Assembly: GCA_963663965.2 (NCBI GenBank)
Contig: CAXXFK010000015.1
Location: 64,001 to 128,000 of the forward strand
DNA: 64,000 bases
Origin: Sedimentisphaerales bacterium
GTDB taxonomy: Bacteria > Planctomycetota > Phycisphaerae > Sedimentisphaerales > SM23-30
Reading direction: 5' to 3'
Shown here: piece by piece, positions 18,797-29,281 of the stretch
Numbering within the stretch: the stretch's first letter is position 1
Layout: every line of letters begins with the position of its first letter
Made by a program: the position numbers and the translations under genes
The notes under the pieces: generated by a model
Databases searched by the model: none
What the model was told of the DNA's origin: nothing
Seen by the model: the letters and a program-made list of their open reading frames with translations, nothing else

Positions 18797-20800
18797 CTAA
18801 CGGTTATTGCGAGTGATCGCCGTCCAGTCATCGGTGCGGAATGGTACCGCGGGCAGGCCGGCCTTGTTGAATAGATTGCAGACCGGGTTGGTGTCCCAGG
18901 CGTATCGGACAGCCACTGGTTTGGCAACCTGGGGAGATGAGACAATAACCGTATCGCCATCAATTCGGGCATCGGCCCAGACAAACTTGCGGTCTCCGCC
19001 GGCGATGGCAAAACCTTTTAATTGATCACCATGCACAGACAAGCCGCCATCGATATGATCGAATCGCAGGCGGATAGCCGACCCTTCGACAGACATGGAT
19101 CGATACCAGGGACCGGAATAAGGGATGTCTTTACCGTAGGTCTGGGCCAGGGCTGCGAACGCTAAGCGACGCCCGACATCTTTTTTGTTTTTGGGGTGAA
19201 TATCATTGGCTTCGCCAATATCAATTGCGACGGCCAAACCACAGTTGGGAACATTCTTTGCGGTCCAGGTCTGAGCTTCGCGAAGTTCGGCCCAGTCGTT
19301 TTCACGAGGTTCCGGAGCAGTTTGAGTAAAGGCGGCCAACTGGACAATGTAAAACGGGAAATCTCCGACCTTAAAATCATTACGCCAGTTTTTGATCAGG
19401 GCCGGTAGTAACGTCCGATATTGCCAGGCACGACCGGCATTGGATTCACCCTGATACCAGATGGCTCCTTTGATGCCATAAGGCACCAGGGGCGCAATCA
19501 TGCCATTATATAAAACCGTAGTGACATTAGGATTATTTTTATTCAGTGTGGCCGGTTTTGACGTTAACTTACTCTGCGGCGTCGTCACCTTACACTGCCA
19601 CTGGCCGGCCAGGGAGATGGGCTTTGCCTGTGAATCATTCTGAAGTGTGAGCGTCATATCATTGGTCTGTCCAACAAAACCGCCATTACCACCAGTGTCC
19701 CATACCCTCACCGTAATGCGATTTGATCCGGCTTTTACTGAGGCAGATGGAACCGTATATGACCGGGAAACGTTCCAACGGTCATCCGAACCGACGGGAG
19801 TATCATTGAACCAGGTCTGGTCGGCATCGTCGATCGGGCCTAGGCGGAGTTGCAGAGCTTTTCCGGCCCAGGATGCCGGGATATCCACTTCGCGAGTGAA
19901 CCAGACGAAGCCATCAAAATTATTGATGCCAATCTGCTCCCACTCAGCGGGAACATTGACGGTTTTCCAATCTGATCTGTCAGTCTGTGCGTTATACCAC
20001 TTTTGCGCGGAACCGGGATCGTTGGCTTCAAACCATTTCGTTAAAACCCGGGTAAGCTCATCCGGATTCATATTCAGTGAATCGCGACTGGCCTGGAAAC
20101 CTTTTAAGGCAGGGGCGATTGTTTCGTAGGGAGCCAGTCCTTCTTCACTGGTCCATGCTTCCACAATGGTGCCGCCCCACGACGTATGAATCAGACCAAT
20201 GGGAATATTGAGATTTTTATAGAGTTCCTGACCGAAGAAATATCCAGCAGCACTGAAACCACCCCATACCCCTTCTAAAATTGTTTTGGAACTACAGGGC
20301 TTCCAGGAAATATTAGCGGTTTTGATCGGCAGGTATTCCACCGCTTTGGGAACGGTGAGCAAACGGATATTGGGATAGTTGGCCTGGGCAATTTCATCGG
20401 GGACATTGCAGGCGGCGATTCCCATTTCCATATTGGACTGCCCAGAACAGATCCAGACATCGCCCATGAGAATATCCTGCACTTCAACTGTTTGGGGACC
20501 GGTTACCGTCATATGATATGGGCCGCCAGCGTGCATGGGTCGCAAAACCACTTCCCAGCGGCCATCTTGATCAGCGCGTCCCTGTTTACTCTGGTCAGCC
20601 AATGTAACTGCGATAGCACTTCCAGGTTCAGCCCATCCCCACACACGTATCGGGATATCACGCTGCAAAACGGCGTGATCTGAAAAGAGCGGGTGTAAAA
20701 ACGGTACATTGCCTGTTTGAGCACTCAGCAGGCAAGCAGGCATAACAAATGATGTTAATAAGACCAACAGACATGAATACATTAATGATTTTTTCAACAT
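18797..20800 (-). CDS. Sialate O-acetylesterase (SASA family) with inserted sugar-binding domain
   Basis: GDVWICSGQSNM, WGGT..EAW, WYQGESN, IHP.NK, PA.PFRTD; signal peptide. Confidence 0.9.
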   Translation of the reverse strand: MLKKSLMYSCLLVLLTSFVMPACLLSAQTGNVPFLHPLFSDHAVLQRDIPIRVWGWAEPGSAIAVTLADQSKQGRADQDGRWEVVLRPMHAGGPYHMTVTGPQTVEVQDILMGDVWICSGQSNMEMGIAACNVPDEIAQANYPNIRLLTVPKAVEYLPIKTANISWKPCSSKTILEGVWGGFSAAGYFFGQELYKNLNIPIGLIHTSWGGTIVEAWTSEEGLAPYETIAPALKGFQASRDSLNMNPDELTRVLTKWFEANDPGSAQKWYNAQTDRSDWKTVNVPAEWEQIGINNFDGFVWFTREVDIPASWAGKALQLRLGPIDDADQTWFNDTPVGSDDRWNVSRSYTVPSASVKAGSNRITVRVWDTGGNGGFVGQTNDMTLTLQNDSQAKPISLAGQWQCKVTTPQSKLTSKPATLNKNNPNVTTVLYNGMIAPLVPYGIKGAIWYQGESNAGRAWQYRTLLPALIKNWRNDFKVGDFPFYIVQLAAFTQTAPEPRENDWAELREAQTWTAKNVPNCGLAVAIDIGEANDIHPKNKKDVGRRLAFAALAQTYGKDIPYSGPWYRSMSVEGSAIRLRFDHIDGGLSVHGDQLKGFAIAGGDRKFVWADARIDGDTVIVSSPQVAKPVAVRYAWDTNPVCNLFNKAGLPAVPFRTDDWTAITRNNR

Positions 20801-21053
20801 CAATAACTCCTTGATTGGGGTTTCGGTAAATTTTACTGATACAGAATTCCTTTAATCTATCCAATATCAGTCAAACGATACTCTCCCAGCAATTATTTAA
20901 TTTAATTGATAATATTTTGAAATTTGATAAAGGACTATCCAGACTCTATAAATTAATGAAGAGCAAATAGTGGAATTTTCTTTATCTAGGTATAATAATG
21001 GAATATACAGGAAACCACAATAATAAACAATATCGTACATTTGAGGATTCCCT

Positions 21054-21539
21054 ATGAATAATCCATATCCATCTGAAACAGGATGCTGCCCGCGATTTAA
21101 TCCTGAACCCTATGATGAAAAGGAACATACCTGGGAGAATAAACGATTTATTAAAGACAAGGTATTTTGCCTGTTTCATATGCCACTGACGTTTGGCAAG
21201 GCGATGGTTCGTTGCATGAAAAAAATCGAGCAGGCGGATGCTTTTACTCCGGAGGTTCCGCTGGGATTATCCGATCATACCTCACCTTGGAATATGGATC
21301 TTTATATCGAGGTCAGCAAGGAGGTGCCGGGCGCCAATAATGTGTTGCTGAACGGGCGATATCTTTCGAAAGTATTTGAAGGGCCCTATCAGGAGACCGG
21401 CAACTGGTGTAAACAAATGAAGGAATGGGTGGAAAGCCAGGGAAAAACCATCAAGAGATGGCTGATGTATTATACCACCTGCCCGAAATGCGCCAAAGCC
21501 TATGGCAAAAATTATGTGGTCATATTCAGTGAGGTTTGA
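21054..21539 (+). CDS. Conserved hypothetical protein, GyrI-like fold with CCP and CPKC motifs
   Basis: N-terminal CCPRF, FEGPY, YTTCPKCAK.YGKNYVV. Confidence 0.6.
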   Translation: MNNPYPSETGCCPRFNPEPYDEKEHTWENKRFIKDKVFCLFHMPLTFGKAMVRCMKKIEQADAFTPEVPLGLSDHTSPWNMDLYIEVSKEVPGANNVLLNGRYLSKVFEGPYQETGNWCKQMKEWVESQGKTIKRWLMYYTTCPKCAKAYGKNYVVIFSEV

Positions 21540-21563
21540 GCATATTACCGTGAACGATTCCTG

Positions 21564-23531
21564 TCAATTGTCATGCCGTGGCAAGGAAAAGTAGAAGGTC
21601 GTCCCACGGCCAGGGCCATCCGATTCGATCCAGATACGGCCGCGATGGATTTCGATAATCCGCTTACAGATAGCCAGTCCGACACCGGTGCCTTCCTGTT
21701 GGGGGTCAAGTTGTTCGAACAGACCAAATATACGATCATGATACCGCGGTTCGATGCCGATCCCATTGTCCTTGACAAAAACAACGCATTCGTTTTCTGT
21801 ACGTTTGGCGCCAATACAAATTTTTCCTTCTTTCCGATCCCCCATATACTTAATCGCGTTATCGATCAGATTCTGAAAAACCTCAACGATCCGGATACGA
21901 TCGGCATACACTTGCGGCAAATCTTCTTCTATCGTCAATGCTATATTTCGGTCAACGAGTTGTTTTTCCATTAACAAGATCACCTCTTCAATAACATCCC
22001 GCAGAAAGAATGCTTCCCTGGGATTGTCTTTTCGACCAACGCGAGACAATTCCAGCAACTCGTTCAGTAAGCGGTGCATCTTTTCCGCCGCATTTTTTAT
22101 CATTTCCATATCCTTATCAACATTTTCCATATCGCCGGTTGTCAGATCTTCTTTTAACAGGCCCAGGCCTCCGCCGACTGTAACCAACGGGCTTTTCAAA
22201 TCATGGGAAACCGTATAGACAAACCGTTCCAATTCGGCATTTTTTATTTCTAAATCATTAATTAATTTTTCGCGTTCTTTTTCAACGTTTAAGCGCTGAT
22301 CAACCATGTGTCGGGCCGAGCCGGCTAATTCCGAAAACTCCCGATAGTATAGTTTATCCGGTTCGATCATAACGGAACCGGGATCACTTGAGGCCCTGTG
22401 GAAAAATTCACTCAATCGGTTTACACTCGATGCCGTCATGCGAGACAGGACGCCGGTAATAATAAGTACAAAAATATTTACCGCCGCATACAACGCAAAT
22501 ATCCTATTTAACTGCTGCTTCATCTCCTCCTGCAATTGCTGTCTTTTTTTCTTAATGACCGAGTCAATATCCTGGATAAAGATTCCAGTGCCGATATACC
22601 AATTCCATTCCGAAACAGGCTGGACATAACTCATTTTCGGCAATTGCGGTTGTCCATCAACATCCGGCATCACATATCGTACCATCCCACCGCCTGTTTG
22701 GGCTTTTCGGATCAACTCCAGGACTACTTTTAATCCATTTTTGTCAGTCACTGCTATCATATTCTGGCCTTTAGCAGGACCTATTAAACTTACACCGTCA
22801 TATTGCCCGGCAAAAACATAACAGTCATTCTCAAAGCGAAAAGAACCGATATGATCAATAACATCCTGCTGAAGTTGTTTTTCAAAATCATCATAATACA
22901 ATCCAGTCCCCACGACAATACCAAGCGGTTCATACACTTTTACAAAAGCCAACTTTTCGAATTCGCGATCCCATTGCCCAGGCTTGTTAAAACTGTAATT
23001 AGTGAAGCCCTCTCCTTTCTCGCTGGCAATTTCAATTGCGTTCCGTACGAAATGCCTGCCCTGGCCATCTTGTTTATCCATACAATTGCTCCCTTCATCC
23101 GGAGAGCCACCAGCGAAAAATAAATAGCCATCTAAACCAACGCAAAAATAATATCCCATGCCATCATCATAGGCCACCGGATATAACGCATCACGGATCA
23201 ATTTGATGATTTCATCCCGCGTATGATTGTCATGATAAGATTGATAGTAATGATCGATCACTTGCCAGGCCTCACCTACCCGATCGCGTATTCTAGTCAT
23301 TAAGAGAACTTCAGACCGAGATCGGATATACTGAATATAGGAAACGATCAGTGCTGTCTCTTCACGCAATATATTTTCATAAGCCTGTTCATGATCATTG
23401 CGCAGATCCTGGATTTCAGCATCCAGTTGCTGTTCCTGATAATTAATCCAGGAGAGGCTGATAACGAGAGTAGATACGCTGGCAATGATAAAAGAACTTA
23501 GAAAAAAAGTTTTCGAGATTCCAATTGTCAT
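21564..23531 (-). CDS. Sensor histidine kinase with periplasmic Cache domains
   Basis: Two TMs; two Cache repeats (GYYF...D..G, W.IGTG); H-box SHDLKSPL; NLIDNAIKY, DNGIGI, GTGVGL. Confidence 0.9.
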   Translation of the reverse strand: MTIGISKTFFLSSFIIASVSTLVISLSWINYQEQQLDAEIQDLRNDHEQAYENILREETALIVSYIQYIRSRSEVLLMTRIRDRVGEAWQVIDHYYQSYHDNHTRDEIIKLIRDALYPVAYDDGMGYYFCVGLDGYLFFAGGSPDEGSNCMDKQDGQGRHFVRNAIEIASEKGEGFTNYSFNKPGQWDREFEKLAFVKVYEPLGIVVGTGLYYDDFEKQLQQDVIDHIGSFRFENDCYVFAGQYDGVSLIGPAKGQNMIAVTDKNGLKVVLELIRKAQTGGGMVRYVMPDVDGQPQLPKMSYVQPVSEWNWYIGTGIFIQDIDSVIKKKRQQLQEEMKQQLNRIFALYAAVNIFVLIITGVLSRMTASSVNRLSEFFHRASSDPGSVMIEPDKLYYREFSELAGSARHMVDQRLNVEKEREKLINDLEIKNAELERFVYTVSHDLKSPLVTVGGGLGLLKEDLTTGDMENVDKDMEMIKNAAEKMHRLLNELLELSRVGRKDNPREAFFLRDVIEEVILLMEKQLVDRNIALTIEEDLPQVYADRIRIVEVFQNLIDNAIKYMGDRKEGKICIGAKRTENECVVFVKDNGIGIEPRYHDRIFGLFEQLDPQQEGTGVGLAICKRIIEIHRGRIWIESDGPGRGTTFYFSLPRHDN

Positions 23532-23566
23532 ATTTAATCCTGATTATTTATAAACAGGCCCATCCA

Positions 23567-25009
23567 TTACCATTGAAATAAAGTAACAAAACGAGCATGG
23601 AATGCCGGATCATTCCGATCAACGGTATAATAATTTCCCGGTAAAAACAATTCGCACACCAGCGAATGACTCAGCCAGTCAAATTGTTCCCACTTGACAA
23701 CTCCCATGAATTGGGTACCACGAAGGTATCCTGATGGGTTTAAACCATTACTGCCGGCCATATCGGTATGCCGGGCGGCAAATATCCCATCCACTTGTCC
23801 AGTTACCGTTATATTATGAGGCAGTTTTTTGCGGCTTTCCAACCAGATTCGATGCATATTGGAACTATCGTAGGCGCGCCCGTCAATTCTATCGAGACCA
23901 AAATCATATAAACACCCGATTCCAGATTGCCTGCCCCACAAGCGGTCGAATGCCCGATCCGGGTCGTTATGACCAGACAGATAATCATATCCGCATCGAA
24001 TTCTAATATTTACCGTTTCAATTTCTTTAAAAGTTATCTGATTACGGGAAGCCAGCGCCGATATCGCTTTTCCGTTTTTATGCCCCCATTGGGGCATGAT
24101 CTCCATATTAATGCTTATCGAATTATTAATTGGGTAATTCCAGTCGATACCAAGGGTATATAATTCACCTTCATAACCGGTCGTTTTCACACGATGACGA
24201 TCCATTTTGTAAATAATGTATCCATTTAAAGTTGTTTTGTCAAACTGTATATCCGATACCCACGCCAAAACGCCAAAACTATCCTGTTCGGCCAGATCGA
24301 TATCCCGATCGTTGAAGGATCGAATGACAGCAGATGAATTGGCATGATTATCAATAATAATAAGATCCAGTTTCGAGCCATACTCTATGGGAATGGTCCA
24401 TCGAATCGCATCAAAGAAATTGCTACGACTCGAATCACCCGGCGTGCCTCGTTTAACAAGAAATCCGCTGCCCATTCTGATATCCTGCCGCCCGATCTTT
24501 ATAGACGATGAAGTCCGGGCAAAATTATTAAACTCTACATTCATGGTATCAAACAACACTTCATGATATTTCAATTCATACACCGGATCAAAAAACAGAT
24601 AAGGTTCAGTCACCATTCTCACATCTAAATCGATATCCGTTTCAAGCTTAATTTTAGCCCCATGCCTCAAGCGGAATCGAAATAGTGAGTATTCCGACCA
24701 GGGGATCTCGTTTTTTATTAACTGGACATTCGCACCATAATACCCAATCAGCCGAAAATCACCATACATGACAAACCGATCCGCTTTGACGGGGCTATCC
24801 AGTGGACCCGGGACCGCCATGCGGCAGGAGTTATCCGTTGCAGTCTGATTTGGGTCAAAGAAGGGTATATTGTCCTTATAGATCGCAAACTGAGCTGATA
24901 GCGGAATTACAAGCTGAGCAACGATAAACCATAGAGTTAAATTTCTGCAATTCCTGCAATTCATAACATTGTCTTTATTATTATAAAAGAGCGTCTCGGA
25001 CCATGCCAT
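23567..25009 (-). CDS. Outer-membrane beta-barrel, alginate-export family-like
   Basis: FRFRLR, KIGRQDI..GSG, FDAIR, YLSG, F.PG.Y, terminal aromatic residue (FQW); start may be 24964. Confidence 0.65.
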   Translation of the reverse strand: MAWSETLFYNNKDNVMNCRNCRNLTLWFIVAQLVIPLSAQFAIYKDNIPFFDPNQTATDNSCRMAVPGPLDSPVKADRFVMYGDFRLIGYYGANVQLIKNEIPWSEYSLFRFRLRHGAKIKLETDIDLDVRMVTEPYLFFDPVYELKYHEVLFDTMNVEFNNFARTSSSIKIGRQDIRMGSGFLVKRGTPGDSSRSNFFDAIRWTIPIEYGSKLDLIIIDNHANSSAVIRSFNDRDIDLAEQDSFGVLAWVSDIQFDKTTLNGYIIYKMDRHRVKTTGYEGELYTLGIDWNYPINNSISINMEIMPQWGHKNGKAISALASRNQITFKEIETVNIRIRCGYDYLSGHNDPDRAFDRLWGRQSGIGCLYDFGLDRIDGRAYDSSNMHRIWLESRKKLPHNITVTGQVDGIFAARHTDMAGSNGLNPSGYLRGTQFMGVVKWEQFDWLSHSLVCELFLPGNYYTVDRNDPAFHARFVTLFQW

Positions 25010-25132
25010 GCAACCATTCCACCTCTTATTCCGACCCTTTTAAATGATTCGGATGGCTTTGAATCCACTTGACTCTCTTTCAAGGCAATATGGCTTATTC
25101 AAATTTATATACTGCTCTCAAATACCAATCAA

Positions 25133-26866
25133 TTATATTGTACTTTCAACAAGTGAAGGAAACAGAGAAGGTATCTCAAACATAAAGGTCGCCCCTTTGC
25201 CAAGCCCTTGTGATTCAGCCCAGATACGGCCGTGATGCATTTCTGTCACGCGTTTGCATATTGCCAAACCCGCGCCTGACCCTTCCTGATTCGGATCCAG
25301 TTGTTCAAATAACCCAAATATTCGATCCAGATATTTCGGATCAATTCCTATGCCATTGTCTGCGACCGACACAACGGTCATACCCTCTTTTTGATAAGCG
25401 CTGATTGCAATTCTACCATCAGAACGATCCCCCATATACTTAATCGCGTTGTCCACCAAATTTTGCATCACTTCAGCAATTCTGGTTCGATCCCCATACA
25501 TTGAAGGCAAATCACCCGTGACCACCAGTTCGATATGCTTCCGGGATAACTGCGTATTCAAAGTCTCTGAAATATCACGCACTACCTCACTGAACGGAAA
25601 TGTTTCGAATGGATTGGCCTGGCGCCCGATACGTGACAATTCCAGCAAATCATTCAGTAATTTCTGCATTTTAGCGGCGGCATTATCCAGGAAATCCAGA
25701 TCATCGTTAACGCGATCCTGTCTGGAACAGGCCACATCATTGCGTAACGCACCCAGAAACCCACGTAAGGTAATCAGAGGACTTTTCAGATCATGAGACA
25801 CGGTATAGGTAAATCGTTCTAATTCTTCATTTTTATCTTGCAGACACTGAATCAGTTCTTCATTTTCCTGGGCAGCCAGCTTTCGCTCCTGCACTTCTTC
25901 TAAAAGTTGCTGGTTTAATACTTTCAATTCATCCGTACGTGTCTGAACCAACGATTCCAGATTATCTTTACTGTTGCGCAGCTTTGTTGACATTTCATTA
26001 AAGGCCTCTACCAATTCACACAGTTCACGCCCGGCCGGCAACTCCAGGTCATCTCCCAATTTCGATTCATCCCAGGCGATATCCCGGGTTCTGTTGCGAA
26101 TCGACTTCAGTGGTTCGATCACAACCTGATGAGTCAGCTTATACTGAATAAACATTGCCAATCCCAATAACAGCAACAGAATCGCACTTAATTTCATAGT
26201 CACTTTACGTACTGAGGCATAGGCTTCGGTTAACGGTATCCGAATGGAGATGGCTGAAACAACGTCACCCACGTGACGTCCGAAGCTGCGTTCCGGCCCA
26301 TAGTGGTTCACCAGGTCGACCGGGGCTTGATCAGGCGTACTGTGGCAACGCAAACAGGCCTGTTCCATAATTTCGCCACGGTGTAAGGTAACAAAGAAGC
26401 TTTCACCATTCAATTTACGAACTTCGGAGCGGGTTTGCAGTTCCTGATTGTGATTTAACGCATCGATAAACGCTTTCTCATATTCATCCGCCTCATTTAA
26501 TGGAGCACGCGCGTTAACGGCACATTCTTTGTAATAATACTTTTTGTCCGGATGCACTGCCTGATAATAATCATCAATTTGGCGAATCGCATAGGTTGAC
26601 GACATCCAGATCGGCTCAAAATAATCATCGTTAACAACATCCATCGTTTCAAATAATTTTGGTTTCAGGATTTTATTGAAATAGCGATGAGTAGCCAGAT
26701 TTCTCTTGAGAATGATTTCAGTTTGCCGTTTAGCCTCTTGCAACGCTTCGTTCCGCATTGAGCTATTTACTATTACAATAAGGACACTTCCGCTTAGCAG
26801 AAACAGGGCCAGTAACCCCAAATTAATATAAACCGAAATTTTGAAATTGCGTCCGAATAACTTCAT
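25133..26866 (-). CDS. Sensor histidine kinase with heme-c-binding periplasmic domain (DUF3365/Tll0287-like) and HAMP
   Basis: NARAP.NEAD..E, CLRCH heme motif, GDVVSAIS; HAMP; SHDLKSPL and HATPase motifs. Confidence 0.88.
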   Translation of the reverse strand: MKLFGRNFKISVYINLGLLALFLLSGSVLIVIVNSSMRNEALQEAKRQTEIILKRNLATHRYFNKILKPKLFETMDVVNDDYFEPIWMSSTYAIRQIDDYYQAVHPDKKYYYKECAVNARAPLNEADEYEKAFIDALNHNQELQTRSEVRKLNGESFFVTLHRGEIMEQACLRCHSTPDQAPVDLVNHYGPERSFGRHVGDVVSAISIRIPLTEAYASVRKVTMKLSAILLLLLGLAMFIQYKLTHQVVIEPLKSIRNRTRDIAWDESKLGDDLELPAGRELCELVEAFNEMSTKLRNSKDNLESLVQTRTDELKVLNQQLLEEVQERKLAAQENEELIQCLQDKNEELERFTYTVSHDLKSPLITLRGFLGALRNDVACSRQDRVNDDLDFLDNAAAKMQKLLNDLLELSRIGRQANPFETFPFSEVVRDISETLNTQLSRKHIELVVTGDLPSMYGDRTRIAEVMQNLVDNAIKYMGDRSDGRIAISAYQKEGMTVVSVADNGIGIDPKYLDRIFGLFEQLDPNQEGSGAGLAICKRVTEMHHGRIWAESQGLGKGATFMFEIPSLFPSLVESTI

Positions 26867-27122
26867 GGCGTAAGTTTTTCAATTGATACCAGGCCTGGTA
26901 TACTTGAACAACGGTAAAATTTGATTTCCATTCCAATAATCGGCATTCCCATACTTCAATATTATCTTTAATTATTGCTATGCAGGCAAAAAACCCAATT
27001 TTCACATACAATTATTAACATTTTTATACTTTAACCCTGAATACCCCTGACCCTTTCCCAGTATTTTCATGCTATGCACGTCATAATAAGGCATTTAACC
27101 GATCTCAATGGGTGTTTTATGC

Positions 27123-27151
27123 TTGACATTTATCAGAAGATAAACTAGATT
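27123..27151 (+). promoter_or_regulatory. Sigma70 promoter of rpsB
   Basis: TTGACA-17-TAGATT. Confidence 0.6.
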
Positions 27152-27235
27152 AGCTGTTCTTTAATTTGCCGATCAGAATGTAACTGACTGGAAAATCGAT
27201 ATTTAACCCCGTTCTAACAATTTGTGGAGGTTTGC

Positions 27236-28072
27236 TTGGATAATAAAACCGTCCGTGCCCTCGTGGATGCGGGAATCCATTTTGGCCATCGTGCAGGCCG
27301 CTGGAACCCAAAGATGAAACCGTATATTTTCTGCACGCGCAATTCAATTCACATCATTGACATCAAAGAAACGATCAAAGGGATCATGCGCGCCCGTAAA
27401 TTCCTGACCAGCGTAGCCGCATCCGGTAAAGATGTCTTATTTGTCGGCACCAAGCGTCAGGCACGCGGCGCCATTGTTGCTGAAGCCAATCGTGTTGAAA
27501 TGCCATTTGTCAGCGAACGCTGGCTGGGCGGCACTTTAACGAATTTCAGCACGATTCGCAAACGCCTGGCCCGCCTGGAAGAATTGGAAGACATGGAAAG
27601 TCGTGGCGTCATGGCAGCTCAGAGTAAAAAAATGGAATCCATGCTGCGGCGCGAATTACGCAAGATCAAACGCAACCTGGATGGTATCCGCAAGATGGAC
27701 CGCGTACCCGGCGCCCTGGTTATCATCGACGCGATGCGTGAACACCTGGCCATCGGCGAAGCCCGTAAACTGGGTATTCCGACGATTTGTTTGCTGGATA
27801 CCGACTCCGATCCCGATCTGGTCAATATTCCGATTCCAGGCAATGATGACGCCATGCGTGTGATTGAACTGGTTATCAAAGAAATGGCAGACGCAGTATT
27901 GGAAGGCAAAGCCGGTCGCGTTGAACGCCGTGGTGTCAGTGAGGATGGCGAACGCCGACGTGTGTCCAAACGGGCAACCTTGTCCCAGTTTGCGGAAGAA
28001 AGCGCCGGACAACCCATTGCTACGGAAACCACCCCTGCGCCAGCCGAAGCCAACCCTCCGGCAGGCAATTAA
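27236..28072 (+). CDS. rpsB: 30S ribosomal protein S2
   Basis: AG.HFGH...WNPKM, FVGTK, RWLGGTLTN, IPGNDDA; TTG start after GGAGG. Confidence 0.97.
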   Translation: MDNKTVRALVDAGIHFGHRAGRWNPKMKPYIFCTRNSIHIIDIKETIKGIMRARKFLTSVAASGKDVLFVGTKRQARGAIVAEANRVEMPFVSERWLGGTLTNFSTIRKRLARLEELEDMESRGVMAAQSKKMESMLRRELRKIKRNLDGIRKMDRVPGALVIIDAMREHLAIGEARKLGIPTICLLDTDSDPDLVNIPIPGNDDAMRVIELVIKEMADAVLEGKAGRVERRGVSEDGERRRVSKRATLSQFAEESAGQPIATETTPAPAEANPPAGN

Positions 28073-28132
28073 AAAAATAACATAATCTGAACTCGCCGAT
28101 CAGGATGAGTTAAGATCTACTATAAAAAAACA

Positions 28133-28158
28133 TCTGGCAGGACACCGATCCTGCCAGA
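28133..28158. other. Intergenic hairpin between rpsB and tsf
   Basis: TCTGGCAGGA / TCCTGCCAGA perfect 10-bp stem. Confidence 0.5.
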
Positions 28159-28185
28159 AGCTATTTATTTACAAGGAGATATAAA

Positions 28186-29058
28186 ATGGCTGCAATTTCT
28201 GCTGCTTTAGTGAAACAATTACGCGATCGCACCGGTCAATCCATGATGGACTGTAAAAATGCCCTGACTGAAACCGATGGCGATATGGAAAAGGCTGTTG
28301 ACCTGCTGCGTAAAAAAGGCATGGCTGTCATGGAAAAACGCAGCGATCGCGAAAATAAAGAAGGGCAGATCGTTAGCAAAGTCAATGCAGACGGCAAAAT
28401 CGCAGTATTAACAGCATTGTGCTGCGAGACTGATTTTACCTCAAAGAGCGAAAATTTCCAAAAGGCCGCCGAATTACTGGCTAACGCTCTGCTGGCCGCC
28501 TCTTCCACTCCGGCAGATACTGAAGGCCTAAAGCCATTGGCCGACAAGAGCGGTAAGACGGTTGATGCCGCGATTAATGAAATCATGAGTCAAACCGGCG
28601 AAAAGGTTACTCTTGGCAATTATGCCCGTTTTGAGTTGCCAGGTTCCGGATTGATTTATACCTACGTCCACTTTAACGGGAAAGTAGGCACTATGATTCA
28701 GATCGATGCGGAAAATAATCAGGCGGCCAGCGCCAGCGTCACCCAGACTCTGGCCAGCGATCTGGCGATGCATATTACTGCCATCAATCCTGTATCTGTC
28801 AGCCGGGATGAAGTACCCGCCGACACGATCGAAAAGGAAAAAGAAATTGCCCGTGAACAGATAAAAAACAAACCGGCTGAAATGGTCGAGAAAATCATCG
28901 AAGGCAAAATCAATAAATGGCTGAGTGAAATCGTATTGCTGGAACAACCCTTCGTAAAAGATGACAGCAAAAAGGTATGCGATCTGGTTGCCGAGGTCAG
29001 CAAAGCGGCCGGTGGACAGTTAACTGTCAAGCGCTTTGCCCGTATCCAGATTGGTTAA
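28186..29058 (+). CDS. tsf: Elongation factor Ts
   Basis: VKQLR.RTG..MMDCK.AL, CETDF, AMHI.A, L.EQPFVKD. Confidence 0.97.
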   Translation: MAAISAALVKQLRDRTGQSMMDCKNALTETDGDMEKAVDLLRKKGMAVMEKRSDRENKEGQIVSKVNADGKIAVLTALCCETDFTSKSENFQKAAELLANALLAASSTPADTEGLKPLADKSGKTVDAAINEIMSQTGEKVTLGNYARFELPGSGLIYTYVHFNGKVGTMIQIDAENNQAASASVTQTLASDLAMHITAINPVSVSRDEVPADTIEKEKEIAREQIKNKPAEMVEKIIEGKINKWLSEIVLLEQPFVKDDSKKVCDLVAEVSKAAGGQLTVKRFARIQIG

Positions 29059-29073
29059 TTACCCTAATTTTAC

Positions 29074-29116
29074 AAAGGCATCAGTAAGCGCTTATCCCGC
29101 ATCTGATGCCTTTTTT
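29074..29116 (+). terminator. Intrinsic terminator after tsf
   Basis: AAAGGCATCAG / CTGATGCCTTT stem followed by a T tract. Confidence 0.65.
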
Positions 29117-29281
29117 GTGTTGATAACACACAGAGAATATAGTTGACCGGTCTGGTCAATCGTTTACAATCTTCTTATTGGCAGTCAACCCAACTTATCA
29201 TTATGGCCAGACCGGCACGTAAGTATTTACTTGATAGTGAGTTGCTAGAAAACCGGTCAATAAAAACCGTGAGATCTATTT

